A stretch of DNA of 64,000 bases from an uncultured candidate division Zixibacteria bacterium (GTDB taxonomy: Bacteria > Zixibacteria > MSB-5A5 > GN15 > FEB-12): positions 224,001-288,000 of the forward strand of contig CAWDXE010000007.1 of NCBI GenBank assembly GCA_963806185.1, written 5' to 3'. The notes beneath the pieces were generated by a model. It searched no databases. It worked only from the letters and a program-made list of their open reading frames with translations, and had not been told where the DNA came from. The position numbers and the translations under genes were made by a program. Positions 10,014 to 20,393 of the stretch are shown piece by piece (within the stretch, counting starts at the first letter, position 1; each line of letters opens with the position of its first letter).

Positions 10014-11624
10014 ATGTTCCGGATTGAATCGAAAATCGATACGTCATCAGCGGCTTTCAAAGAAAACCGCGACAAGAATCTGGCCTCGCATAATCTCTTC
10101 AAAGAGACGGCTGGAGAAGGTCAAACTGGGCGGACCGGAGAAGTCGCGACAGCGCCATGTCGAGCGCGGTAAGACTGCTTCCGCGCGAGCGGCTGTCGCG
10201 TCTGCTCGATCGCAACACGCCGTTTCTCGAATTGTCGCGCTTGCGGCTTACGACATGTACGACAACGACGCACCGTCGGCCGGCATGATCACCGGTATCG
10301 GCGTCGTTCACGGTCGCGAAGTGATGGTGGTGGTGAACGATGCCACGGTCAAGGGTGGCACCTACTATCCGATGACAGTGCTCAAACATGCCCGGGCGCA
10401 GGAAGTCGCCGAGATAAACAATCTGCCCTGCATCTATCTGGTCGACTCGGGCGGCATCTTTCTGCCGCTACAGGCAGGGACCTTTCCGGATAAAGATCAC
10501 TTCGGGCGGATATTCTACAATCAGGCCCGGATGTCAGCCAAGGGATCTGCCGCAGATTTCGGTCGTCATGGGTTCCTGCGACGGCGGGCGGCGCGTACTT
10601 GCCCGCAATGTCCGATGAGACGATCATCGTTCGGAAGCAAGGGACGATTTTCATTGGCGGCCCGCCGCTGGTCAAAGCGGCCACCGGCGAGATTGTCAGC
10701 GCCGAGGATCTGGGCGGCGCCGACGTGCATTGCCGCAAATCGGGCGTGACCGACCATTATGCCATGAATGATGAGCATGCCCTGCAAATAGCCCGTAATG
10801 TCATCGAGAATTTCAACCGACCGCCGCGGTGGGAGCTCGATCGCGCGACGCCGGAGGATCCGTATTACGATCCGGAAGAATTATACGGGGTCGTCTCAAA
10901 CGATCTGCGGAAGCCGTACGACGTACGCGAGGTTATCGCGCGGATTGTCGATCGGTCGCAATTCCACGAATTCAAAGAGCTGTACGGGGCCACGCTGGTC
11001 ACCGGGTTCGCCCGGATCATGGGGTATCCAGTGGGGATCATTGGCAACAACGGTGTACTCTTCGCCGAATCGGCGCAAAAGGGGGCGCACTTCATTGAAC
11101 TGTGCACACAGCGGCGGATTCCGCTGATCTTCCTGCAGAATATTTCCGGCTTCATCGTTGGTCGGCAATACGAGGCGGGCGGGATCGCTCGCGACGGCGC
11201 CAAGATGGTGCATGCCGTGGCGAATGCCGACGTGCCCAAGTTTACAGTAGTGGTCGGCGGGTCGTACGGCGCCGGTAACTATGCCATGTGCGGGCGCGGG
11301 TATTTCCCGCGCATGCTCTGGATGTGGCCGAACTCGAAGATTTGCGTCATGGGGGGAGAACAGGCAGCGGATGTACTGGCGCAGGTCAAGATCGAGCAAC
11401 TCGAGAAAGAAGGGCGGAAGCTGAGCCGCGGACGAAATCGAAGCCATCCGCCGTCCAATTATCGACAAGTACGAGTCGGAATCATCAGCGTATTACTCCG
11501 GCGCGCGGCTCTGGGATGACGGCATCATCGGCATGACCGACACCCGGCAGGCGCTGGCACTGGGGATTGCATGTCGCTTAATGCGCCGATTCCGGAACAG
11601 AAGTTCGGCGTCTTCAGGATGTAA
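10014..11624 (+). CDS. liuB: 3-methylcrotonyl-CoA carboxylase-like carboxyltransferase subunit (multiple frameshifts)
   Basis: [52 protein letters not shown] and C-terminal FGVFRM. Confidence 0.85.
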
Positions 11625-11626
11625 GT

Positions 11627-12408
11627 ATGACCTATTCCACAATAAGATATGAGCCGAGGGACGCGGTCGCTCGGGTGACGTTCAATCGTCCGAAGATCCA
11701 CAACGCCTTCAATTCGACTGTTATCCAGGAAATGCTCGAGGCGTTTCGGATCATCGAAAACGCGACCGACATTCGCGTGGTCGTCCTGACAGGCGAGGGG
11801 AAATCGTTTTGCGCCGGTGCCGATCTGAACTGGATGCGCGGCGTGATCAAACAGACCTTTGATGAGAATCTGGCCGAAGCCAACGCGCTGGCTGATCTCT
11901 TCTGGGCAATTTATACCTGCCGGCGGCCGGTGATCGCGCGGGTCAATGGCGCGGCGATCGGCGGCGGAACCGGCTTTGTCGCCGTATGTGACATGGCGAT
12001 TGCGGCAAGGTCGTCGCAATTCTCATTCTCCGAAGTGAAGATCGGCGTCGTGCCCGCCTGCATCGGACCGTATGTCATCAAGAAGATGGGCGAGGGGAAA
12101 GCGCGCGAGCTGTTCATCACCGGCGAGCGGATGAATGCCGAACGCGCGCAGGAAGTCGGACTGGTCAATAAGGTGGTGGATGACGACAGCTCGATGACGA
12201 CGTGAACACGCTGGTGAAAACAATTCTATCCTCGGGTCCGGAAGCCGTCGCGATGGCGAAAAGGCTAATCGGTACAGTGCCGGGGATGTCGCCCGAAGAG
12301 TTCCGGCCGTACACGGCGGAGATGATTGCGAAGTTGCGGGTCTCGCCGGAGGGTCAGGAGGGGATGGACGCGTTTCTGAACAAGCGAAAACCGAAGTGGG
12401 CGGAGTGA
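11627..12408 (+). CDS. liuC: Methylglutaconyl-CoA hydratase-like crotonase (frameshift ~12190)
   Basis: FCAGADLNWM, AIGGGTG, FSEVKIG, EGQEGMDAFLNKRKPKW; lies between the carboxylase subunits. Confidence 0.8.
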
Positions 12409-12422
12409 GGGCAGGTTATGCG

Positions 12423-13946
12423 ATGACAAAGCTATTCGAAAGAATCCTCGTCGCCAATCGGTCGGAGATTGCCGTTCGTGTAATCAACGCGTGTAAGTCA
12501 CTCGGTATTCGCACCGTGGCAGTCTATTCCGAGGCTGACGTCAATAGTAAGCATCGTTTGATGGCCGATGAATCGGTACTGATCGGTCCACCGCCACCAC
12601 GCGAATCATACCTCGACATCGATAAGCTCATTATGGCGGCGAAGCAGACCGGGGCCGACGCCCTTCACCCCGGATACGGTTTCCTTGCGGAGAACCCGGC
12701 CCTCCCGGAGCGGTGCGCCAACGAGAAGATTACGTTTATCGGACCCGGCGCCCGGGCGATGAAATTGCTCGGCAACAAAATCGAATCGCGGGTGAAAATG
12801 GCAGACGTAGGTGTGCCGTTGATTCCCGGCATGACCGGGAAGGGCTCGGACTTCGCTTCCTATGAACAGGCGGCTGAGAAGGCCGGCTACCCAGTCATGG
12901 TGAAGGCCGCCGCCGGCGGTGGCGGCAAAGGGATGCGAATCGTACGCGAACCGGCGCAGTTACGCGGCGCGCTCGAAGCCGCACAGCGCGAGGCGCTGAA
13001 CGCCTTCGGCGACGATTCGGTGTATCTGGAAAAGTACATCGCCAATCCGCGTCATATCGAATTCCAGGTGCTGGCCGACCATCACGGTCACTGCATACAC
13101 TTGTTTGAACGGGAGTGTTCGATCCAACGAAGGCATCAGAAGATTATCGAAGAAACGCCGTCGGTCGCGCTGACGCCGGAGCTTCGCACCCGCATGGGGG
13201 CCGACGCGGTGAAGGTTGCCATGGCGGCCGGGTACACGAATGCGGGAACGGTCGAGTTCCTCTTCGACGAGTCCGGACATTACTACTTTTTGGAAATGAA
13301 TACGCGAGTCCAGGTGGAACATCCGATTACAGAATACGTGACCGGAGTGGACCTGGTAGTCGAGCAGATTCGCGTCGCAGCCGGACTCCCACTCGGAGAG
13401 CACCTGTACAACTTGCATCAACGCGGTCATGCGATTGAGTGTCGCATTTATGCTGAAGACGGCGAAAACGGTTTCCTGCCGTCGACCGGAAAAATACTAC
13501 TGTACTCGGAACCTGCCGGCCCGGGCGTGCGGGTGGATTCCGGGGTCATGCTCGGAACGGAAGTCAGCATCAATTACGACCCGATTATGGCCAAGTTGAT
13601 TGTCCACGCCCCCGATCGACCGGCGGCCATAGCAAAGATGATCGACGCGCTGTATCAGTACAAGATTCTCGGCGTAAAGACATCGAAGCGGTTTATGGTG
13701 GAGGTGCTGGAACACCCGGCGTTCGTCGGCGGGAAGACCTACACGAATTTCATCGAGACGCACATGGCTGCCCGTACGGATCGACGGGCGGATTACACAT
13801 CCATCGCCGCCGCATCGGCGTCAGCCACAGCCATGACGGTGCCGACGGCGGGCGGGGTTGGCGGAGACAGCAAAGCGACTGTGGCGACCCCGTGGCAGTC
13901 AATCGGCGCCTGGCAGATTGGAGACGACATCCATGCAAAAGCATGA
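12423..13946 (+). CDS. Biotin carboxylase subunit (LiuD/AccC-like)
   Basis: ILVANRSEIA, HPGYGFLAEN, KAAAGGGGKGMR, ECSIQRRHQK, FLEMNTRVQVEHP, ECRIYAED, YDPIMAK. Confidence 0.93.
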   Translation: MTKLFERILVANRSEIAVRVINACKSLGIRTVAVYSEADVNSKHRLMADESVLIGPPPPRESYLDIDKLIMAAKQTGADALHPGYGFLAENPALPERCANEKITFIGPGARAMKLLGNKIESRVKMADVGVPLIPGMTGKGSDFASYEQAAEKAGYPVMVKAAAGGGGKGMRIVREPAQLRGALEAAQREALNAFGDDSVYLEKYIANPRHIEFQVLADHHGHCIHLFERECSIQRRHQKIIEETPSVALTPELRTRMGADAVKVAMAAGYTNAGTVEFLFDESGHYYFLEMNTRVQVEHPITEYVTGVDLVVEQIRVAAGLPLGEHLYNLHQRGHAIECRIYAEDGENGFLPSTGKILLYSEPAGPGVRVDSGVMLGTEVSINYDPIMAKLIVHAPDRPAAIAKMIDALYQYKILGVKTSKRFMVEVLEHPAFVGGKTYTNFIETHMAARTDRRADYTSIAAASASATAMTVPTAGGVGGDSKATVATPWQSIGAWQIGDDIHAKA

Positions 13947-14439
13947 GTGGGCCATTGACGATTGCATTTTGGAATCAGAGGTAGAGCGCCGTGACGCGGA
14001 ATTCACGGTTACGGTTGGCGGGAAGTTCCACTCCCTGACATCGCTTGGCAACGGGCTGTTCGCGACGGTGATCGACGGTCACAAGCGAATCGTAGCGGCA
14101 GTGCGGGATAGGGACAAGTACCTGGTGGATATCAACGCCATAGTGTATGAAATCACCGAACCGTCGGCCTCGTCAGGCGTCAGCCTGGATGAAGGCCACG
14201 GGGCGAAAGACAAAGTCTATGCGCCGATGCCTGGGAAGATCGTCAAACTGCTGGTCAAAGTGGGCGATCAGATAGTCGAAAAGCAGCCTTTGGTGATTGT
14301 CGAGGCGATGAAGATGGAAAACCAGGTGACAGCCAAGGCGCAGGGGAAAGTGAAGGCCGTGAATTTCGCCGAGGGCGACCAAGTGGATACGGAACGGCCG
14401 ATCATCGAGCTTGAACTAACTGACATCGTTCACCAATGA
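13933..14439 (+). CDS. Biotin carboxyl carrier protein (C-terminal part of a split carboxylase alpha subunit)
   Basis: APMPGKIV...EAMKMEN biotinylation motif; start ATG 13933. Confidence 0.88.
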   Translation: MQKHEWAIDDCILESEVERRDAEFTVTVGGKFHSLTSLGNGLFATVIDGHKRIVAAVRDRDKYLVDINAIVYEITEPSASSGVSLDEGHGAKDKVYAPMPGKIVKLLVKVGDQIVEKQPLVIVEAMKMENQVTAKAQGKVKAVNFAEGDQVDTERPIIELELTDIVHQ

Positions 14440-14452
14440 TTTTCTAAGACTT

Positions 14453-14890
14453 ATGAGTGAAGCGAAGCTGGCCGACGTACGCGTAGCGCGACACATGAGT
14501 CATGCTGCCGAGAGAGTTTTCGACGCCTGGTTGAATCCGGCCGTGGCCTGTAAGTGGCTGTTTGCCACGCCAAACGGAACCGTGGTGCGGGCCGAAATTG
14601 ATGCGCGACCCGGCGGCGCGTATACTATTGTCGATCGACGTGACGGCGAGGACGTTGCGCACACCGGCATCTATCAGGAAATAGTTCGGCCAAAGCGACT
14701 GGCCTTCACGCTGGTCGTTGAGAAGTACTCCAAAGAAGTCAGCCGCATTGTCGTGGACGTCTTTCCTACCGGCGGAGGTTGTGAAGTTGTCCTGACCCAT
14801 CAGCAGGTAGTCCGGGATTTTGAGGAATCGACCAAAGCGGGCTGGTCCGGCTTGCTGGCGAGGCTCGACGCCGCTCTTGACGAGTCATAG
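14453..14890 (+). CDS. SRPBCC/AHSA1-like (START-fold) protein
   Basis: AERVFDAW, DARPGGAY, G-Y-EIVRPKRLAFT and C-terminal GW...L helix. Confidence 0.8.
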   Translation: MSEAKLADVRVARHMSHAAERVFDAWLNPAVACKWLFATPNGTVVRAEIDARPGGAYTIVDRRDGEDVAHTGIYQEIVRPKRLAFTLVVEKYSKEVSRIVVDVFPTGGGCEVVLTHQQVVRDFEESTKAGWSGLLARLDAALDES

Positions 14891-14895
14891 GACAT

Positions 14896-14926
14896 AAAAA
14901 AACCGGAGCCTTATCGACCCCGGTTT
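14896..14926 (-). terminator. Probable intrinsic terminator
   Basis: A-run plus AAACCGG...CCGGTTT stem between convergent genes. Confidence 0.45.
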
Positions 14927-14956
14927 CCGAGTTCATCTCAAACTCAACGAGCGATT

Positions 14957-15565
14957 TCAGAAAAATTTCAGGCCGAGGGTAAGCGGGATAAATGCTGACG
15001 ATTCGCCGTCGGTCTGAATCGAAACGTAGCGAACCTGCGCAAACAAATTGAACGCCGGCCCCATCTTCATTTCCACCCCGCCACCAAAGTTGTAGTACAA
15101 CTTGCTCTGATTGTCCGGAATCAGGCCGTTGAGCTGGCTGGTCGCCAGGGTATTGGTACCGGAGAAATCCGTCTGCTGCATGCTGGCGAGTCCCACGCCA
15201 CCCAGAACGAACGGGTGCAGGGGAGCGGCCGGGAGGTTGGGGGCGAAGCGCAGGTCCGCTCCATACATCCATACCTTGTTGGTGCCGCCCTCGACGCCTT
15301 CATACGCGGCGAAGTCGGAGCTTTTCCAGTCGATCGCAAACGAATGCAATTCGACTTTACCGATCACCTGGAACGCAGGCGACATGTTGAATCCGAGGCC
15401 GACTGAACCGTGCCAGCCGTTTTTGAAGCTCTGCTTGAAACCTTCAGGCGCGCTGGGCACTGAGATCAGGCCGCCCGCATAAATGCTGAACGGCATCGGC
15501 ACCTGAGCCGACGCGCCGGCAGCGAGAGCCAGACAAAACAGAGCGACCAACCAAACCTTCTTCAT
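14957..15565 (-). CDS. Outer-membrane beta-barrel protein
   Basis: Signal peptide ending ASA, amphipathic strands, C-terminal IPLTLGLKFF; RBS GGAGG. Confidence 0.8.
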   Translation of the reverse strand: MKKVWLVALFCLALAAGASAQVPMPFSIYAGGLISVPSAPEGFKQSFKNGWHGSVGLGFNMSPAFQVIGKVELHSFAIDWKSSDFAAYEGVEGGTNKVWMYGADLRFAPNLPAAPLHPFVLGGVGLASMQQTDFSGTNTLATSQLNGLIPDNQSKLYYNFGGGVEMKMGPAFNLFAQVRYVSIQTDGESSAFIPLTLGLKFF

Positions 15566-15917
15566 GTTTTCCTCCTGGAAAATGAGTGTGCCGAATTATC
15601 AGGCATGTGTATAGATATTTTCGGCACGGTCATGCCCTTCCTTGACCTCGAAATTATACTCGGCCAAAGTGTCATCGGTCGCGCGGAACCTCGAATACGG
15701 TCCGAATTGGTCCAGATGAGCCTTTGTATCTTCTTGTCACATATTGCCTAGCGATTGGCTGCTGGACGGAAGTTCAGCAATTGGCCGGTAAATTCCCGGC
15801 AAGTTGAGCAGTGACAGAAAGATAGCCGGTCGGAACGGTTGCGCGTCGGGCGGAAATTCGTTATATACCCGGCACTAACGATTACATGTCATCTCAGAAG
15901 TGAATCTGGAGGCTACG

Positions 15918-17108
15918 ATGGCTGATAGACAGGATGCGTATATCATCTCGGCCTGCCGTACAGCAATTGGGACGCTGCATGGTGGCTTGGGTCAATTCAC
16001 CGCTCCGCAGTTGGGCGCGCTGGCGATCAAGGAAGCCGTGAAGCGGGCTGGTGTCGACGCCAACGATTTCGACGAAGTGATCATGGGACAGGTCGTGCAG
16101 GGCGGCGCGGGGCAGGCACCCGCTCGTCAAGCGGCCATTCACGGCGGCATTCCCCCGGCCGTGCCGGCCCTTACGATCAACAAGGTGTGCGGCTCCGGAC
16201 TGAAAGCGGTGATGCTGGCGGCCCAATCCATCAAGGCCGGTGATCAGAATCTGGTGCTTGCCGGCGGGATGGAATCGATGTCGCAGACGCCCTATGTCAT
16301 ACGCGGCGCCAAGCAGGGCACCAAGTTCGGACATCAAAAACTGGAAGACATCATGATCTCCGACGGATTGTGGGATAGTTTTAACAACTACCACATGGGG
16401 AGTGCGGCTGAATACACGCGTCGTAAAGCGAATATCACTCGTGAAATGCAGGACGAGTTCGCGCTGAACTCCCACAGGAAGGCAGCCGCCGCCCAGACCG
16501 GCAACAAGTTTGCCGGCGAGATCTTTGCCGTACCGGTGCCGCAACGCAAAGGCGATCCGGTAATGTTTGTCAAGGACGAGGCCATTCGCGCGGACATCTC
16601 TCTGGAGGGTCTGGCGAAACTTAAGCCGGCCTTTGAGAAGGACGGGACAGTGACGGCCGGCAATGCGCCCGGACTCAATGACGGCAGTTCGGCCAGCGTT
16701 ATCGCCTCGGCCAGCTACGTGAAAGCGAAGAATCTGAAACCGCTCGCCCGAATTGTTGATTATGCGACCGCCGGTACTCCGCCCGAGGAGCTCTTCTTCG
16801 CGCCGATCTTTGCCATCCAGAAACTGATGAAGCAAATGAATGTCGGGATCAACCACTGGGATTTGATCGAGGCGAATGAAGCCTTCGCCGCACAGGCGCT
16901 GGCCGATGGCATCGGTCTCGGCTGGGACTGGAACCGGGTCAACGTGCATGGCGGAGCCATAGCGCTGGGCCATCCGATCGGCGCTTCGGGGACGCGTATT
17001 CTCACGACGCTGATCTATGCGCTCAAGGATCGCAACAAGAAGACTGGCCTCGCGACTCTCTGCCTTGGCGGCGGGAACGCGGTGGCTCTGGCTATAGAAC
17101 TGGTGTAA
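15918..17108 (+). CDS. Acetyl-CoA C-acetyltransferase (classical thiolase)
   Basis: NKVCGSGL, NEAF, GHPIGASG and CLGGG motifs. Confidence 0.95.
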   Translation: MADRQDAYIISACRTAIGTLHGGLGQFTAPQLGALAIKEAVKRAGVDANDFDEVIMGQVVQGGAGQAPARQAAIHGGIPPAVPALTINKVCGSGLKAVMLAAQSIKAGDQNLVLAGGMESMSQTPYVIRGAKQGTKFGHQKLEDIMISDGLWDSFNNYHMGSAAEYTRRKANITREMQDEFALNSHRKAAAAQTGNKFAGEIFAVPVPQRKGDPVMFVKDEAIRADISLEGLAKLKPAFEKDGTVTAGNAPGLNDGSSASVIASASYVKAKNLKPLARIVDYATAGTPPEELFFAPIFAIQKLMKQMNVGINHWDLIEANEAFAAQALADGIGLGWDWNRVNVHGGAIALGHPIGASGTRILTTLIYALKDRNKKTGLATLCLGGGNAVALAIELV

Positions 17109-17134
17109 TTGGGACCGAGTCCGGGAACAACGGT

Positions 17135-17995
17135 ATGCAACTGGAAGACATCAAGCATGTGGCCATTATCGGCAGCGGTACCATGGGCAATGGCATCGCG
17201 CAGGTGTTCGCCTCGTACGGCTACGGGGTGACGCTCATTGACGTTCAATCGACTGTGCTGGAGAAGGCGGTCAATTTCATCAGCGGCAGTTTTGATAGAT
17301 TCATCAAGAAGGGCAAGTTGACCGAAGCTGACAAAGCGGCGGCCATGGCCCGGATCAAGACCACCACCGATCTTCACGAATCAAAAAATGCGCAACTCGT
17401 CATCGAGGCGGTGCCGGAAGTACTCAAGCTGAAGAGTGATATTTTCGGACGACTCGAAGATCTCTGTCCTAAGGAAACGATTTTCGCGTCGAACACGTCG
17501 TCGCTGCCGATCACGCAATTGGCGTCGACAACCCGGCGGCCGGACAAGTTCATCGGCATGCATTTCATGAATCCGGTGCCGATGATGCAGCTCATTGAGT
17601 TGATTCGCGGGATGGTGACCAGCAATGAAACGATTGCGCTTATTCGCGACCTGTCGGTGAAACTGGGCAAGACGCCGGTCGAAGTGAACGATTACCCCGG
17701 CTTCATCTCCAATCGCATTCTGATGCCGATGATCAACGAGGCCATTTACGCCTATTGGCAGGGCGTGGGGACAGTGGAGTCGATCGATGAAGTGATGAAA
17801 CTGGGTATGGGACATCCGATGGGACCGCTCACCCTGGCCGACTTCATCGGCCTCGACGTCTGTTTAAATATCCTGGAGGTAATGGACAGCGGGCTGGACA
17901 CGTCGAAGTATCGCCCCTGCCCGTTGCTCAAGAAAATGGTCCATGCCGGGCACCTGGGACGCAAGTCCGGCCGTGGCTTCTACGTGTACGCATGA
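17135..17995 (+). CDS. hbd: 3-hydroxybutyryl-CoA dehydrogenase
   Basis: GSGTMGNGIA, SNTSS, GMHFMNPVP, HPMGPL and GRKSGRGFY. Confidence 0.93.
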   Translation: MQLEDIKHVAIIGSGTMGNGIAQVFASYGYGVTLIDVQSTVLEKAVNFISGSFDRFIKKGKLTEADKAAAMARIKTTTDLHESKNAQLVIEAVPEVLKLKSDIFGRLEDLCPKETIFASNTSSLPITQLASTTRRPDKFIGMHFMNPVPMMQLIELIRGMVTSNETIALIRDLSVKLGKTPVEVNDYPGFISNRILMPMINEAIYAYWQGVGTVESIDEVMKLGMGHPMGPLTLADFIGLDVCLNILEVMDSGLDTSKYRPCPLLKKMVHAGHLGRKSGRGFYVYA

Positions 17996-18010
17996 TTGAG
18001 GAGGGGCTGA

Positions 18011-19153
18011 ATGGAATTTCATCTGTCCGATGAAGATCTCGAACTGAAACAGATGGCCAGGGATCTGGCGGTCAAACGGATATTTCCCATCGCCATGGAG
18101 ATGGACGAACTGGAGAAGACGCCGGACGATCTCATCAAAGAATGCGCCGACCTCGGGTACTTCGGCTTTACCGCGCCGGAAGAGTACGGCGGATTGGGGA
18201 TGAGCACGACGTCGTTCATGGGCGTGCTTGAGGAAATCTGCGCTGCTTCAGCTGGTTTCGGCATTATGCTATCGGTACACAACTCCCTTACGTGCGAAAT
18301 CCTCAAGCACTTTGCGTCGGACGAACTGAAGAAGAAATATCTTCCCAAAATGGCCGCGGGAGAGAAGATCGGCGCCTATTGTATCACCGAACCAAACGCC
18401 GGAACGGATGTCGGTTCGCTGCAGACGACGGCCACGGAAAAAGGGAACAGCTTCATCATCAACGGCACCAAGAGCTACGTGACAAATGCGAAGTATGCCG
18501 GTGTGTTGATTGTCTTTGCCAAGTCCCATCCGGCCGAAGGGCGGCGAGGTATCTCCTGCTTTGTCGTCGACAAAGAGACGAAGGGAATTACGCTCGGCAA
18601 ACCGGAGCGGAAATGCGGCATCAAGGCGTCGGACACGCGCGAGATCAATTTCTCGGACGTGGAAGTACCGAAGGAAAATGTCCTGGGGCATCTCAAGGAC
18701 GGTTTCCGCATGGCGGTGTCGATTCTCAATTCAGGGCGTATCGGGGTATCGTTCCAGGCGATCGGGATTGCCCGTTCGGCACTGGAGGAAGCGATCAAGT
18801 ATTCCAAGCAACGCAAACAGTTCGATCAGCCGATTGCCAATTTCCAGGCCATTCAGTTCAAATTGGCCGACATGGCGATGCGTCTGGACGCCGGTCGGCT
18901 GCTCGGCTATCGCGCCGCCTGGTTGAAAGACACCAATCAGCCGGTTCACCGCGAGGCATCGATGGCCAAGCTCTTTTGCTCGCAGATGGCGAACTACGTC
19001 TGCAACGAGGCCGTACAGATTCACGGCGGCTATGGCTATATCAAGGAATATCCGGTTGAACGCTATTTCCGCGATGCCCGCGTGACCGAATTATACGAAG
19101 GAACGTCGGAAGCGCAGCGCATGGTCATTTCACGGGACCTGCTGAAGGATTAA
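18011..19153 (+). CDS. Acyl-CoA dehydrogenase (short/branched-chain type)
   Basis: ITEPNAGTD, RKQFDQPIANFQ, QIHGGYGY and LYEGTSE. Confidence 0.92.
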   Translation: MEFHLSDEDLELKQMARDLAVKRIFPIAMEMDELEKTPDDLIKECADLGYFGFTAPEEYGGLGMSTTSFMGVLEEICAASAGFGIMLSVHNSLTCEILKHFASDELKKKYLPKMAAGEKIGAYCITEPNAGTDVGSLQTTATEKGNSFIINGTKSYVTNAKYAGVLIVFAKSHPAEGRRGISCFVVDKETKGITLGKPERKCGIKASDTREINFSDVEVPKENVLGHLKDGFRMAVSILNSGRIGVSFQAIGIARSALEEAIKYSKQRKQFDQPIANFQAIQFKLADMAMRLDAGRLLGYRAAWLKDTNQPVHREASMAKLFCSQMANYVCNEAVQIHGGYGYIKEYPVERYFRDARVTELYEGTSEAQRMVISRDLLKD

Positions 19154-19164
19154 CGGAGGACGCG

Positions 19165-20325
19165 TTGCTCGAAAAAAAGCACCTGGACTATCGCGCGAAG
19201 ATGCGCGCCTTCTGTAAAGAAGTGATCGAACCGAAAGCGGCTGTCCTCGACGAGGAACAGCGCTTTCCGAATGAGCATATGGGACCGCTCACCGAGATGG
19301 GGCTGCTCAGCGCTTTAATCCCGGAACAATACGGCGGCAAGCCTGTCGACACACTTTCGTATATTATTGCGGTCGAGGAGTTGTCGCGTGTCTGCGGCTC
19401 TACCGGCATCATGATCGCCGCGCACAATTCGCTAGGGACATTTCCAATACTAAAATTCGGCACCGAGGCGCAGAAGCAGAAATTTTTGCCGCGTGCGGCC
19501 AAGGGAGAACTGCTGGCGTTCGGGCTTTCCGAGCCGGATGCCGGGTCCGACGCAGGCGGGACGCGGACCTTTGCCAAGCAGGCAGGCGACCATTGGGTGG
19601 TCAACGGCAGCAAGTGCTGGATAACGTCGGCGACCAAGGCATTTGCCACGATTGGCACAGCCAGGACGTCGCAGGACCCGACCGACAAACGCATCACGAC
19701 TTTTGTCTTTGAAAGGGATTTTCCCGGCTACGCCGTGGGGAAGAAAGAGAACAAACTTGGTTTGCGCGGCTCCGACACTGCTTTCCTTCATTTCGATGAC
19801 ATGAAGGTGCCGGTGGAAAATCAACTGGGCGAAGTTGGCCATGGATTCAAGCAGATGTTGATCACGCTTGATGGTGGGCGGATCTCCATCGGCGCCATGG
19901 CGCTCGGTTTGGCGCAAGGAGCGTTTGATTGTGCGCTGAAATATGCCGCCGTGCGCAAGCAGTTCGACAAACCGATCGCGGAAAACCAGGCTATTCAGCA
20001 CAAACTGGCCGACATGGCGACTGAGATTACGGCGGCGCGACTGATGATTTACGAAGCATCAATCATGAAAGACGCCGGCGTACCGTATGGAAGATTGTCG
20101 GCGATGTGCAAGTTGTATGCCTCGGAAGTGGGTACCCGTGCGGCGGCGACGGCGATCGGGATTCTCGGGGGGATCGGCTTTACCACCGGGCCATATCCGG
20201 CGGAACGAATCTGGCGCGACGTGAAGCTGTGTGAAATCGGTGAGGGGACGTCGGAAATACAGCGCCTGGTCATTGCGCGTGACTTGCTGAAAGCTGTGCA
20301 GACGCAGGATGATGTGACCCTCTAG
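19165..20325 (+). CDS. Acyl-CoA dehydrogenase
   Basis: LSEPDAGSD, KLGLRGSDT, RKQFDKPI and IGEGTSEIQR; TTG start with RBS GGAGG. Confidence 0.92.
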   Translation: MLEKKHLDYRAKMRAFCKEVIEPKAAVLDEEQRFPNEHMGPLTEMGLLSALIPEQYGGKPVDTLSYIIAVEELSRVCGSTGIMIAAHNSLGTFPILKFGTEAQKQKFLPRAAKGELLAFGLSEPDAGSDAGGTRTFAKQAGDHWVVNGSKCWITSATKAFATIGTARTSQDPTDKRITTFVFERDFPGYAVGKKENKLGLRGSDTAFLHFDDMKVPVENQLGEVGHGFKQMLITLDGGRISIGAMALGLAQGAFDCALKYAAVRKQFDKPIAENQAIQHKLADMATEITAARLMIYEASIMKDAGVPYGRLSAMCKLYASEVGTRAAATAIGILGGIGFTTGPYPAERIWRDVKLCEIGEGTSEIQRLVIARDLLKAVQTQDDVTL

Positions 20326-20350
20326 TCACCTTGGACGATCCGAATTACCG

Positions 20351-20384
20351 AACGGCGGGTGCACACACCTGCCGTTTGTTTTTT
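20351..20384 (+). terminator. Intrinsic terminator
   Basis: AACGGCGGGTG-CACA-CACCTGCCGTT followed by a T-tract. Confidence 0.8.
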
Positions 20385-20393
20385 ACCGGTGGA

